From Macrostomum lignano (Eukaryota): DNA of 64,000 bases. The notes under the pieces were generated by a model. That model ran no database searches. It was given only the letters and a program-made list of their open reading frames with translations, and was not told the DNA's origin. Positions 12,630 to 24,744 of the stretch are shown piece after piece (within the stretch, counting starts at the first letter, position 1; each line of letters opens with the position of its first letter). The stretch is taken from positions 1 to 64,000 of the forward strand of contig NIVC01003519.1 in the NCBI GenBank assembly GCA_002269645.1, given 5' to 3'. The position numbers were made by a program, and so were the translations under genes.

Positions 12630-15600
12630 TTGCCTTCACACGCGTAGGTGATACTGGGTCGAATAATGCCGGTGTAGATCCACCTGACCGTCTTGGAGAT
12701 AGTCCCCAGGTAGGCCGGATGGCTCTCCTCACCTGCGCGAAGCAGCGTTTAGCGCGCCCAATGACATTGTCAGCGTGCTTGGTCCAACGCAGATCGTGCG
12801 TGAGCGTCCCACCTAGATATTTTGTTTTATACCAGGGCAATGCCGTTACAATGGCTGGTGAGGTTCCGCATGCTCCACTTCCGCTTCCTGGTGAAGATAA
12901 TGGCAACCGTCTTAGCGGTGCTAGGTTAGGCCGTGCCGGGTAGCCCAGGTTTGCGCCTTATCGGCGAACTGCTGCATCAAGCTTCGAATGGTGCTGGTGT
13001 CAGGGCCACTGACAATAGCTGCGACATCATCAGCGTAGCCTGCTTTGACGATGCTGCTGGGGACGTCAGCCGTCAGGAGATCGTCCACCACGAGATTCCA
13101 GAGCAGCAGGATGAGCACCCCACCTTGGGCTCCGCCCTTTGTAACCGTATGGGTGCAAGTGGCATCCCTGAGGGTAGAAGTCACTTCTCTGTTCCGGATC
13201 ATAAAATCGATCCATCGCATAAAACGTTATTGAAGGCCCCATCGATGTCACAGAAAAGACCACAGGCGATCTTCTTGCTCAGGATAGCTTTCTCAATGGC
13301 TGAGGTAATAACATGCAACGCGTGCTCAGTAGTTTTACCTGGTTGGAAGGCGAATTGGTGCGTACTTATGGGTGCCATCCTCAACTCGCTGTCCCGCAGC
13401 CTCCACAAGAGCTCTCTCCATAAGCTTAATACAAAAGGATGTTAGGCTGATGAGGCGGAAGGATTTAACATTAGTATAGTTGCCTTTGGCAGGCTTGGGA
13501 ATGAAGACCACTCGAGCGGTCCTCCAAATAGTGGGGATGTACCCGGTTGTGAAACAGTCAATGATGAGCTTGGAGAAAACTGCAGAAAACTCTGCAGCTT
13601 AACCGCTTCCTGGAGAACACAGGGGGCGATATTGTCCATACCAGGGGCTTTAAACGGCTTAAAGGTGTTGGCGGCCAGCTGTATTAAGTTCTGCGTGGCG
13701 CATTGCTCGAAAAGCTGCCGATCTCTCGGGTTATGATCAGCAACAATTTGCTCAGGACGTTTGCAGGTGGGAAAACACGACGAGAAGAGCAAATTGAGGG
13801 ATTCCCCGGCGGTTCTGGAATAGTTTCCATCCAAATGGAGGAGGGAGTTGCACTGGGCGAGGTTGTCGTGCCTGAGCGACTTTAACAGCCGGGCTGTGGG
13901 ATGGCCCTCCAAACCGGCGCAGAAAGCCTTCCAGGTGTCCTTTTTGGCCTTCCGGATACAACTCTTGTAGGTTCTCAAAGCTGAGTGGTAGATCTCCCAG
14001 TCCTCTGGGGTGTTATTCTGGTTGGCCATCCGATGCAGCCGACGGGAGGTCTTTTTCAACCGGGTGAGCTCCTTGTTCCACCATGGTGAGTACTTCTTCC
14101 TACCGACAATTAGAGGGGCGTTTTTCATCGTGGCTGCATTTAGCAGCTCGACAAGCTTTTTGCATCGGGCTTCAATGCTCGGGATTTCTTCGCAGCCTTC
14201 CAGGTCTTCGGCCGGTTCGCTGCTGATCAGAGATTCGAGGTCTCTTCTAAAGCCGGTCGAGTCCGCCCTTTTTAAATTTGGACGGTTCGCCTTGGTGACG
14301 CGAGTGCCGCCAACAGTAACGCTGAAATGGGCGTAAAAATGATCCGAGAGCGAGGGAATGTCGTCTCTGACCATCCAATTTTGAATCTGGTTAAGGATGC
14401 TACTGGACGCAAGGGTGAGGTCAATAACCTCTTTCCTGCTAGCGTTTGCAAAGGCGGGTTTTCTCCCCAAATTTCAAATATGCAGATTCGACGTGAGTAT
14501 GAAGTCAATAAGCATACTACCTCTGAGGTTGGCGTTACTGCTAATAATGAGGTTTTTGTTCTCGATGGTACAGAAGTTGGCAAGATCCTACGGGAGGGGA
14601 GACGGAAATTCATCCTGAATATCCATGTACACGAATGAGAAAATCATCCCGTTAACGGTGAAGGTACAAATGTCTTTATTGCAAAACATCGGCATGAGCA
14701 TGGCTGAGAGCTCGCGCTTGACCAGGGCAATGGCCCTAGGGGTTTCACCTCTAGAAAGGGAGAGAATCTGGTAGCCTTTCGGCAGCAAGGTGGGCTTACC
14801 TCGCACGGTGTAGGGCTCCTGAATAAAGTAGATGTCCACACCGGTGCCACCAAGAGTGTCAGTGAGGCTGCTGGAGGCTGCGACCGCGTGGTGCAGGTTG
14901 ATCTGCACGATATGCAGGTTAGGATCCCTGTTCTGCGTGAGTGTGGTAATATCATCATTGGACTCACCCGCAGGTTTGGCCCTCAGACGGTCACGCCTCA
15001 TCATTAATAATGTGGGCATGGCGGGTCGAGAACAAGTCTCGCCCTCAGAGCTGTCCGGGCTCTCGGAGTCGTCCCGGCGCTGCTCACCGCCGGCCTTGCG
15101 CTTCCTCCTCGGGATGAGGTGGAAGACTACCTTCCACGCTCCAACGTAGATAGCGTGGCCGTTACCTTGCATGTAGCACTCCCAGTCGGCGGAGAGGTCC
15201 ATGTAGAGGGTTTTCCCGTTGCCATCTTTGGCCGGCACCTCCTTGAAGGCCAGGAGGCCGTCCGCAGGCAACTCGAGGTGCTTGGCGACCAGACGACCGC
15301 GTATCTCCTCGATCGTCCTAGTCACCGAATAGAAGGCCCTGTACCTCTTACAGGGAGGCGGAGGGCGAGCTTTCTCAATGAACAGCTCCGGGAGCTATGT
15401 CTTGGAAGTACCCCAGTGGATGCTGGGGAGGTTAGCTAGGGCGGCGTTCAATTTGTCTTCGCTTTTGAAGGCGAGGATGAGATTGCCGTTAGCGAATCTA
15501 ATGGACTCGGCCTCAACACCGAGTTGGTCATTGTCCCAGAGGAAGTCGATGTGAGCGACGGCGCCTTCTATCTGAGCATCGCTCAGTGTTCCACTAGCTG

Positions 15601-16157
15601 TACGGACACAGATTTTGTGGAGGGGCTCAACTGCCACCTTGGCGTAGGAGCCGGCTGTCCCCCTGCTCTTAGAGCGCGCTTCGGGTCCTGTGGGACAAGC
15701 GTGCGGTCCTCTGGCTGCTGCCGCTTGCGGACTGTGCTGGGGGCCGCGTTTTACTTCGCTGTCGCGGTGCGTGGTGGTATCACCACCAAATTCTCCACCA
15801 GTGGGAGTCGAACTTTCCCCACTAGGGGTGTTAACCGCGGGGTTCGCGAAGAGAATTACCTCCGAGTTGGAGGGTTGGAGAGATTTTTTGCTCAGAATCC
15901 ATAGAAGAATAGCTGAAATGGGGAAGAGACGCAAGTTAGAAAAGGCAGACCGACGTTCGGGGACTGGAAATACCCCCAGTCAGCCAGAGGCTACCCCCTG
16001 CCACGGCGAACAGCGGGAAGGCTTTGGGTCATCATCTCTGACCCGGGATTTCCCCCAGGCTAGGCTTCGGCAAGCCCCCGGTCCACACTCTGCAAGATCA
16101 GGGGCGGGGGCCGGGTGTAGGGTTGGGTTCACAGCGCCAGGTCGGGTGGTTGACTGT
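12630..16157 (-). mobile_element. Degenerate non-LTR retrotransposon (ORF1-like + APE endonuclease + RT), R1/LOA-like, 3'-truncated
   Basis: APE: IVQINLHHAVAAS, DIYFIQEPY, SDHF. RT: [69 protein letters not shown]. Several frameshifts. Coding similarity stops at about 12635 with no RNase H or 3' tail. Clade assignment is by motif recall only. Confidence 0.93.
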
Positions 16158-17636
16158 TAGCAAATTTCAAGAACAAATCCCTTTATAAATAACGAAAAGC
16201 CAGGAACTTGCGCCCTATCCTACTAAAAGAGTAAAGCAAAAAGGAGATGCATGTACATGTAAGAATTAACTCAGGTGCGATTAGATGGCACAAGGAAGTT
16301 TCCTAGAATAAAAAAATGATTGACTACTAAATATTCATCACTACATGTACATTCCAATTCTACATGTATTTATTTAGATATTGCAATCATGGCAGATTGG
16401 ATGACATTAAATTGCATTTATGAAGGACTACTTAAATTATTTAGCAAAAAACTACAATTGATCGTAGCTGTCCTTGGTATATAATGTAGTGTACATGTAC
16501 ATGTTTAAAAGTGTATAGCACTAAAAACAGAATCAAAACAAGACCGAAGAAAGAAATCCATCAATCTCAAAACAATGGTCTAACTCAGTCAAGCATTACT
16601 CATCACATCATGCGTAACGTTTCTAGTCCGCTGTCGGCCAACCAGTCAGTCGCCCTTGAATCGGTTCATTAGCTAACTGAGATCTAGCTTTTTTAAATTA
16701 AGTAAACAGATACCCTGCTTTTCTGCGATAGATCGAGAAACACTATTGTTAAAAAGCTAACAGGTAAAAAATTAAGTCTATTATTAAAACATTTCATAGA
16801 AAACTTCGATGCATCACCGTAAAAAATATTTTTTAGGCAAATTTAAAAAAACGGTCAAACGGTTCTTGAAAGATCAATTACAGACAAAAATTAGTATATA
16901 GATTAAAATAGCTACATGTACTTTAAAATATAAGAAAATTTGTTGAATGTGTTATAATAAGTAAATACGCACCAAAATAAACAATCAATTTTCTTAAAAA
17001 TTTACGTGCAGAATTCTATAGATTCGAAACCTTCCAGAGTTCAAATATTAGAAGTAGCTAGCGATCCTGAATTTCCGGGCTGACAACCGATAAAAATTAA
17101 TAAATTATAAGTTGAACATAATATTTTATATTATATATTTTACTCTATAGCTTTGAAATTCGTGACTTGTGGCAGTCAACATCAACATATAATGGGCATA
17201 CGAGAGCAATAGGCTTTCATGTTGTTGATTCTAAATCAAAATTAGTTTGAGAATTTTTATTCTTTTGGCTTGTCTTTTTTCAGATAAACTTGAGTGATTA
17301 TAAATGTTTGTTAGAATATCCTTTCTAAACTAGTCTTTGCCATTAACTCTTATTTATAAAAAATATAACTTATTGCAGTCCCCTTGTCCCTTGAGAGATC
17401 TTTTAAGATATTTTTCAAATGAAAGCATGCTATCAGTTTAAACTGTTTATTACTTTTTAGCTGCTGATGTGATTTAGCAAGGTTGTCAATGGTAAATTGT
17501 AGCCTTATGAGCATTTTTAACGGTGTTCATAAGTACATAAGTCAATGGTATAAAATAAAAAATTCTATATGAACATGTATTTGAGATTTAAATAATTCCA
17601 ACCTAGTTGTCTATGGAATATTTCAGTCAGTTCGCG

Positions 17637-19431
17637 ATGCTTTATCCAATAGCAAATAATTTTCAACTTGGCTTTGAAAGCTCAGAAGCTGACCAAATCC
17701 GACTAGCAGCTGTGGGACTATCTAACTTCCTCGCAGCTCCATCACCTTTGATTCAATGTGAAGAATTGTCCAGTGTGATTGGTCAAACAGTGCTGCTCAA
17801 GCTTGAACACACTTTACCCAGTGGATCATTCAAGATTCGTGGTGCATTTAATAAGATCAGCAGTGTGTTGAAGACCGCTGACCAGGATCAGGTAAAACTT
17901 AAAACATTTTGCTAATAACTTTAGCATTGAAAATTAAATTAGATGGACTATCTACCATGCTTTAAAAGTCTGCAGATCTCAATTGAGCTAGGCCACTTTT
18001 TATGCAAATTGCATCGCTGGTATACAAAGTTTTTAGTTTATATATAGCACATTATAGCACAGTTTATACTATAAACAAGTATGTTTTTGTCTATTAAAGC
18101 TATTAAAAAAGACTTCCTTTTCTTCGTAAATGGCCCAACAATGGGGTTTGTACCCTGTGGAACAGTAGTGCAAAGCACCCTTAAAATGGATTTTACCACT
18201 GACAAAACGTAATGGAAACATCTGGCAAGAGTACACAGCCAAGAGATAAGAATTCGGCCCATCATTACTAGATTTGCACATTAGTTCTGTATGTGTATGT
18301 TTTGATCTCTACAAAATGAAATGATAACAAACGTCACGTGGGAATTCTAATTTCTGTGAGCAGAAACCACAGTTTGTTACCAGTAGCGCTGGCAACCACG
18401 TGCTCGCCTGCTGTCACGTGTGGCAGCAGCTGGGGGTGTCGGGCAGCGCGGTTTTCGTCCCCACCACGGTGGCCCCGGCCAAGGAGGCCAAACTCGCTCG
18501 GCTGCACGAGGCTGGCCTCATTCGGCTCAGCAAAGTCGGCCGCGAGTGCCTGGAAACCGAGCTGGCAGGTCGCGAGTTCGCTCTCCGCTGTCCCGCCTCA
18601 GTGTACGTGCCGCCCTACTCGGACTGGGAGGTCATCCGAGGTCAGGGCTCGGCCGCGTTCGAGCTGCTCCCGGACCCGACTGGGACCGGCTGGGCCGGGC
18701 AGCTGTCCGCCAACTCCGATTGGCTGGCGGCTGGTCACGTGACTCTGCTTGTGCCGACGGGTGGCGGCGGCCTATTGGCTGGCGTGGCTCTGTGCGCCAA
18801 GCTGGGCCGGAGCGGCCTGCGGACGACTGTGATTGGCTGCCAGCCCGAGGCGGACCAGGTGCTGGCCAAGTCTGTGCAGGTAGGCCTTATCTTAATTTGC
18901 TTATCAATAATTAGCAGGATTTAAATAGTAAAGGTTGTCTCAGTTCCAAACAAGTTTCTATTGGCTGAGAGCGAGTCACGTGATACAGAATTGTAGCAGA
19001 TGGCACCGTGGCTGTAAAACACACCATTAAGAATTCTTAGTGAGATAATTACCTGATAAATTACATTTATTATCAAGGCCGGTCGACTTCTAAGCTACGA
19101 CGAGGCCGGTTCGCGCGAGACGGTTGCGCAGGGTACGGCTGGCGCTGTAGAAGACGGCTCGCCGACCTTTGAAGTTTGCCGCCAGCACGTGGACCGCTGG
19201 TGCTCGGTGACGGAGCAGGAGATCGCCCGGGCGTGCCTGCGACTCAACAGAATTTTAGCGGCCGAAGGGCAGCCGAGAGCGGAGCCAGCGGCCGCCTTGG
19301 GAGTCGCTGCAGCCCTGAAGCTGGCCGGGTCGCTGCCTGCGGGGCCCGTCGTGGCCTTCGTAACGGGCGGCAACGTGGGGGACGCCGAGATGGAGCTGGT
19401 GAAGAGGCTGGCTGATGAGGCAGTCTTGTAA
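17637..19431 (+). CDS. PLP-dependent fold-type II serine/threonine dehydratase-racemase family, copy 1 (SAGNH type)
   Basis: Exons 17637-17891, 18364-18879 and 19078-19431, all phase 0. Motifs: LKLEHTLPSGSFKIRGA (PLP lysine), TSSAGNH, GQG, PTGGGGLLAG, TGGN. Stop TAA 19429-19431. Confidence 0.88.
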
Positions 19432-20039
19432 TTGAGCTGACTCAATATTTACAGTAAAGACTTTTACTCAATGATTTCTTGTGGACAGCCGAAGTCAAAG
19501 ATCGCCGCACTTGCAACTAATGCAAATTTTGCTATAAGCATGAAGCATGGCGCTAAATTTCGACATGCGCCACAAAGTCGCTGGGAAATCTCTCTATAAA
19601 AATTCACTAAGGATGCAGGAGGAGCGCTCTTTGGCGGCAATCGTCAATGGGATGATTAGCTCAGCCTTCTGTCGTGTTAGTTATATATAAAAGCTCTAAA
19701 ATTCTTCCAGTAAGTCATGCTTTTCAGTGTAATTCCTTATTTAGTTTTCAATATTGATTGTATAAATAATTTTTATCTACACTGCGCCTTGGTGACGTTG
19801 ACCATCCATTTTATTACAATAGTAGTATTCGAATCGCAATATTTCGAACAGAATAAAAGTGCGCATTGATATTTTTTACTATTTTTCTTAAAATTTGGAA
19901 ATTTCGAATTGTAAATAATAACTGGAGACTTTTCAATATTATTTTAATTATATTTTATTCACGGGAAGATTCGTTATTTACTACTGGAAATGGTGCAAAT
20001 TATGTAGCTGTAGTGCGTTATAGAGTTATTTTCTCTTGT

Positions 20040-20290
20040 ACAGTCTAATCTGCAGTGAGTCACATCCTAATGGATAATGTACAGTCTAATCTGCAGTGAG
20101 TCACATCCTAATGGATAATGTACAGTCTAATTTGCAGTGAGTCACATCCTAATGGATAATGTACAGTCTAATCTGCAGTGAGTCACATCCTAATGGATAA
20201 TGTACAGTCTAATCTGCAGTGAGTCATACGAGTATTCTAATTAATAATGTACAGTTTAATCTGCAGTAAGTCACATCCTAATTCGCATCG
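20040..20290. repeat. 41-bp minisatellite between the two dehydratase-family genes
   Basis: TACAGTCTAATCTGCAGTGAGTCACATCCTAATGGATAATG, about 6 units, degenerating to the right. Confidence 0.93.
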
Positions 20291-20491
20291 TGACAATCTA
20301 ATATTAAGTTAGTCACATCCTAAAGGTGTATTATGCATTCTAACGTTTATTAGGCGACATGAATATGCAGTCTGCTCCGTGATCTTCCATAATGCATCTA
20401 TACTATTCTATATACCAATCTGGTTTTTGAAATAGGTGCAACCATCAAATACTGCAATTGCTCTTCATCAAAACTTCAGCTGGCAGCCAGC

Positions 20492-22546
20492 ATGCTGCAG
20501 TATCCACTCAGCTGTGACGTTGCCCAGTTCTTAGAAAGTTCATCCGAGGCCGACAAAATTCGCTTAGCCGCCATGAAATTGTCCAGCTTCCTTGGAGCTC
20601 CATCGCCTTTATTGGCATGTCCACCAGAGTTCAAGTTTAGAAACAACGATGCTAATGGCCCTCTACTGCTCAAGCTTGAGCACACTTTGCCAACTGGTTC
20701 GTTTAAAGTTCGAGGTGCATTCAACAAAATTAGTAGCACAATGCAAAATGCTACTGCTGACGGACAGGTGAGTGCCGGGGGTCTGAGACTGATGAAATCG
20801 TGAATAAAGCTATAGTTAATGATAGTGCATTTAGCAGCCACCAAATTCCATAGCTGTAGGTAATCTTACAGCGATGACTCAATTTATTGCATGCTCAAAA
20901 TAGAACCTGTGAGAGTTGCTCAGCTTCACGCTTATTGGAAAAGACAAATAGGAACAAAAAGCAACTTAGGTCAACCGAGAAATAAAAACTAGAAACTGCA
21001 GGGACCGACCTCAACGACCAGCCAGTAGTATGTCTCATTTTCGGGCCTGCCAGACCGGTTGCTATGTCGCATATTGGCTGCACCGGTGTTGCAATTTCGC
21101 GACTATCCTGGGTTTTTTGTCTGGCCCAGATATCCGAACGCGCTAATTATTATACGATATCCCTCCGGATACTGCCAAGCAAAAAACATGCTTTGTTTTC
21201 TCCTTCCCGGATATCTTGAGCTGCAGTTTAGGCCAAACTGCAATTTTTACACGATGTCTATGGCAATTTCCTATCCCTGACCAAATTGATCGCAGTTTTG
21301 GCCCACTTTCGGCTTCAACTGTTCGTCCTTATTGGCACCCTGTACAAGGCGAACTAACTAAATCTTCAATCTGCAGAATAGTCAGACTCGCTGAAATTGA
21401 TCTCGGAGCGAAATTAAGAGAATATTTTGATTATTGATATCTCATTTCATTTCTCATTTCGATGGTTTCTATTGCCTCTACTCCATTCTTCGATCGGTTT
21501 GAGGACCAAGTAGTCATTTGGTTTCTCCTTGCAAAACAGCTCGTTCTGTCGCACATTAACAGCCCATTGTTATTCGCGACGCGCATTGTCTGGAATAGCG
21601 GAGGCCAGTTTTGCTTCTATTTCCGCATCATCTACCTTTGATCATCTATATCTAAACTTCATTTGGTCTGTCAATATTATAGAATATTATAAATCAGAAA
21701 GCACAAGCGCGAGGCAAGATATGTCGTCTGGGATAAAAAAAGCCAAAACAATTGAGCCTCCAGCGAAGCAGTTCTTGCTTTCATCCGTTGGGACATTTTT
21801 TGACAAGAGCCCGACTGATAAAACCTGCTCATATGCTGCATATCTGCACGAAAGCATAAAACTATTTTACCATTTTATTTCTGTTCTCTACTTAACGCAG
21901 GCACCGCCGCACTTCGTCGCTAGTAGTTCTGGCAACCACGTGCTCGCCTGCTGTCACGTGTGGCAGCAGCTGGGGGTGTCGGGCAGCGCGGTTTTCGTCC
22001 CCACCACGGTGGCCCCGGCCAAGGAGGCAAAACTCGCTCGGCTGCACGAGGCTGGCCTCATTCGGCTCAGCAAAGTCGGCCGCGAGTGCCTGGAAACCGA
22101 GCTGGCAGGTCGCGAGTTCGCTCTCCGCTGCCCCGGCTCAGTGTACGTGCCGCCCTACTCGGACTGGGAGGTCATCCGAGGTCAGGGCACGGCCGCGTTC
22201 GAGCTGCTCCCGGACCCGACTGGGACCGGCTGGGCCGGGCAGCTGTCCGCCAACTCCGATTGGCTGGCGGCTGGTCACGTGACTCTGCTTGTGCCGACGG
22301 GCTGCGGCGGCCTATTGGCTGGCGTGGCTCTGTGCACCAAGCTGGGCCGAAGCGGCCTGCGGACGACTGTGATTGGCTGCCAGCCCGAGGCGGACCAGGT
22401 GCTGGCCAAGTCTGTGCAGGTAGGCCTTGCTGTGTGTTTTGAGAGATTTTATATGATGTGCGTGAAGTGGGGACTCTGTATGATAGTGTGAGGATTCTGT
22501 GTGATACTGTGACAATCGTGTGCCATAGTTTGAAGATTATTATGAC

Positions 22547-22585
<39 letters not shown>

Positions 22586-24115
22586 TGATTACACCTGCCC
22601 TAATAGGCAGATGTGCAACCGACAGCTCAGCCGCAGGTATTGCGCGGCGCATCTGAAGGCTGCGTACGGCTGTCCAGTCCAAGGACTGGGGGGTCGCCAC
22701 ACACACCCTCAATTTCCCCAGCAATTGCTGGCACCCATTTTACAGCTGGGTGAACTGAAGCAGGGTTAAGTGTCTTGCTAAAGGACAAAAATTGTTTTAG
22801 TGGGATCGGGAATCGAACTCCCGACCTTTTAGTCGTGAGTCTGACTCTAACTACAGGCCCTCTAACCTCCAGTTGTGATTTTTTTATTTTAGAGGCAGGG
22901 GGGTTGTGTGCACCCTGGCGCACTTTAAGCGACATAGGCACACAACCGGCGAGAGGCATTACTGCCCATTCCGCCGACTCACCTGAGCAGGCACACAAGC
23001 GCGCGGATACGTACGCAGGCACACACTCACACAGGAGTGTACAGCGGCCCTAACTTTATTTTATCGTTAGGCATGTACACTTCACTGCGCCTTGGGGGGT
23101 TGGCTCTCAAGGCGGTTAATTGCACGAGCAGAGCCAAGCCGAGATTCCAATTCAGCCCCAAATTAATGTGACTGCACTTGGAATCGAGCCTGGGTCGCTG
23201 GCACACCAGAGCAGCTGCGCTACCGCTGGGCTACGGCCCCCCTTTCCAGTTGTGATAGTTGTGATAGATTCCGTGTAATGTACAGTACGAGTCTGACAGA
23301 TGGTTCAAACTGATTGATAGACAGTTAACTCACGGGGGAATTTCTCAGATGTCAAGACTCAAAGTCGATGATGTTATTCTGACTGTTATGACTGTATAAG
23401 GCTTCCTGTATGTCAAGTTTTTACTTTTTTATTTTTCATTTTGTTACCTCCCTCACGCGGGAATAGGATTGCAACGACGTAGTTTTGAAACTAAACATTT
23501 AAAGACGATAAAAGAAAAGCGCAAGTGCACTTTACAAAACACACCTGATCACTTGACCATTGTTGGTGCTGTTTCCCCCCACAAGTTTCTATTGGCTGAA
23601 ACCGAGTCACGTGATAACTATTTCATCCTATAGCAGCGCAGCTTGTAATAACGCAGTCAATAAAGACCAAAATGTACCACAGATGGCACATTGTGATTAT
23701 AAAACACACAATTAAGTATTCTCAGTGAGATAATTACCTGATAATTACATTTATTATCGAGGCCGGTCGACTTCTAAGCTACGACGAGGCCGGTTCGCGC
23801 GAGACGGTGGCGCAGGGCACGGCTGGCGCTGTAGAAGACGGCTCTCCGACCTTTGAAGTTTGCCGCCAGCACGTGGACCGCTGGTGCTCGGTGACGGAGC
23901 AGGAGATCGCCCGGGCGTGCCTGCGACTCAACAGAATTTTAGCGGCCGAAGGGCAACCGAGAGCAGAGCCAGCGGCCGCCTTGGGAGTCGCTGCAGCCCT
24001 GAAGCTGGCCGGGTCGCTGCCTGCGGGGCCCGTCGTGGCCTTCGTAACGGGCGGCAACGTGGGGGACGCCGAGATGGAGCTGGTGAAGAGGCTGGCTGAT
24101 GAGGCAGTCTTGTAA
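20492..24115 (+). CDS. PLP-dependent serine dehydratase-racemase family, copy 2 (SSGNH, racemase-type)
   Basis: Exons 20492-20767, 21901-22419 and 23762-24115, phase 0. Motifs: LKLEHTLPTGSFKVRGA, ASSSGNH, PTGCGGLLAG, TGGN. The exon-3 acceptor is an unusual GAG. Confidence 0.84.
22547..22860 (-). mobile_element. SINE family 1 copy (CORE-like) with (TTA)n tail, intron 2 of copy 2
   Basis: Reverse complement matches 2465-2775; B box AGTTCGATTCC; trinucleotide tail at 22547-22585. Confidence 0.8.
22880..23244 (-). mobile_element. SINE family 2 full-length copy with 12-bp TSD
   Basis: A box TAGCCCAGCGG, B-box-like GGCTCGATTCC and an A-rich tail. TSD TCCAGTTGTGAT at 22868-22879 and 23245-23256. 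Confidence 0.82.
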
Positions 24116-24534
24116 TTGAGCTGACTCAATATTTACAGTAAAGACTTTTACTCAATGATTTCTTGTGAACAGCTGAGGTAAAAGATCGCCGCACTCAGCT
24201 TTTCACTTCAGTCAGAACCGATACTACAGGCTGTTGACCCTCTGCGCTTTGTAGATTTTTGCTTTCTCAGCCTCCTCATGTTCTTCTGTCCGTTCTTCGC
24301 CCTTCCTCTTCAAGCGGTTCCTCTTGTACTTCTTCCTCTATGGCTTCACTACTGCCCTCAGCCAGCCATCATGGTTGATTTGAAAGGTCTATAGTTTATA
24401 TCCCGTTAGCACAGGGTTTTCTTTTCCAAGTTAAATCGGTTAGGAACACGCAGCTTTGTCCACACTTCGGTTCCGACTGAATTTTAAAGCTATCGAACTT
24501 CTATATTGGTTTCAGAAAATCTATCAAGTCAAAC

Positions 24535-24744
24535 CATGGATGAATAACATAACTGGATCGCCAAATGTTCGGTTTTTTTGGTCATAGACATAGACAATTG
24601 CGCCAACATCACAAGAAGCTCAGGATTCTGTACTTTCATGCACGAGTTGTGACCCCACTTTGAGCTTCTTGTGATGCCGGTGCTTGTCTATGGCTAGGAC
24701 CAAAGCAATAGAGCTTGGCGATCCAGTTATATTATTCATCCATG
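24535..24744. mobile_element. 210-bp hAT-type MITE
   Basis: About 30-bp TIR CATGGATGAATAA(C/T)ATAACTGGATCGCCAA with further internal symmetry. 8-bp TSD AGTCAAAC at 24527-24534 and 24745-24752. Confidence 0.85.

Noticed and set aside
15950-16157. Hammerhead ribozyme in the LINE leader
   Set aside because: No CUGANGA...GAAA core with the required three stems was found on either strand by eye.
16240-16925. Recurrent TACATGTA palindromes
   Set aside because: A short self-complementary motif scattered in AT-rich DNA across the window, with no spacing pattern or link to a feature.
21529-21900. Long N-terminal extension in ORF 21529-22491
   Set aside because: It is intron read-through upstream of the CAG acceptor at 21900; the true N-terminus is the exon at 20492-20767.
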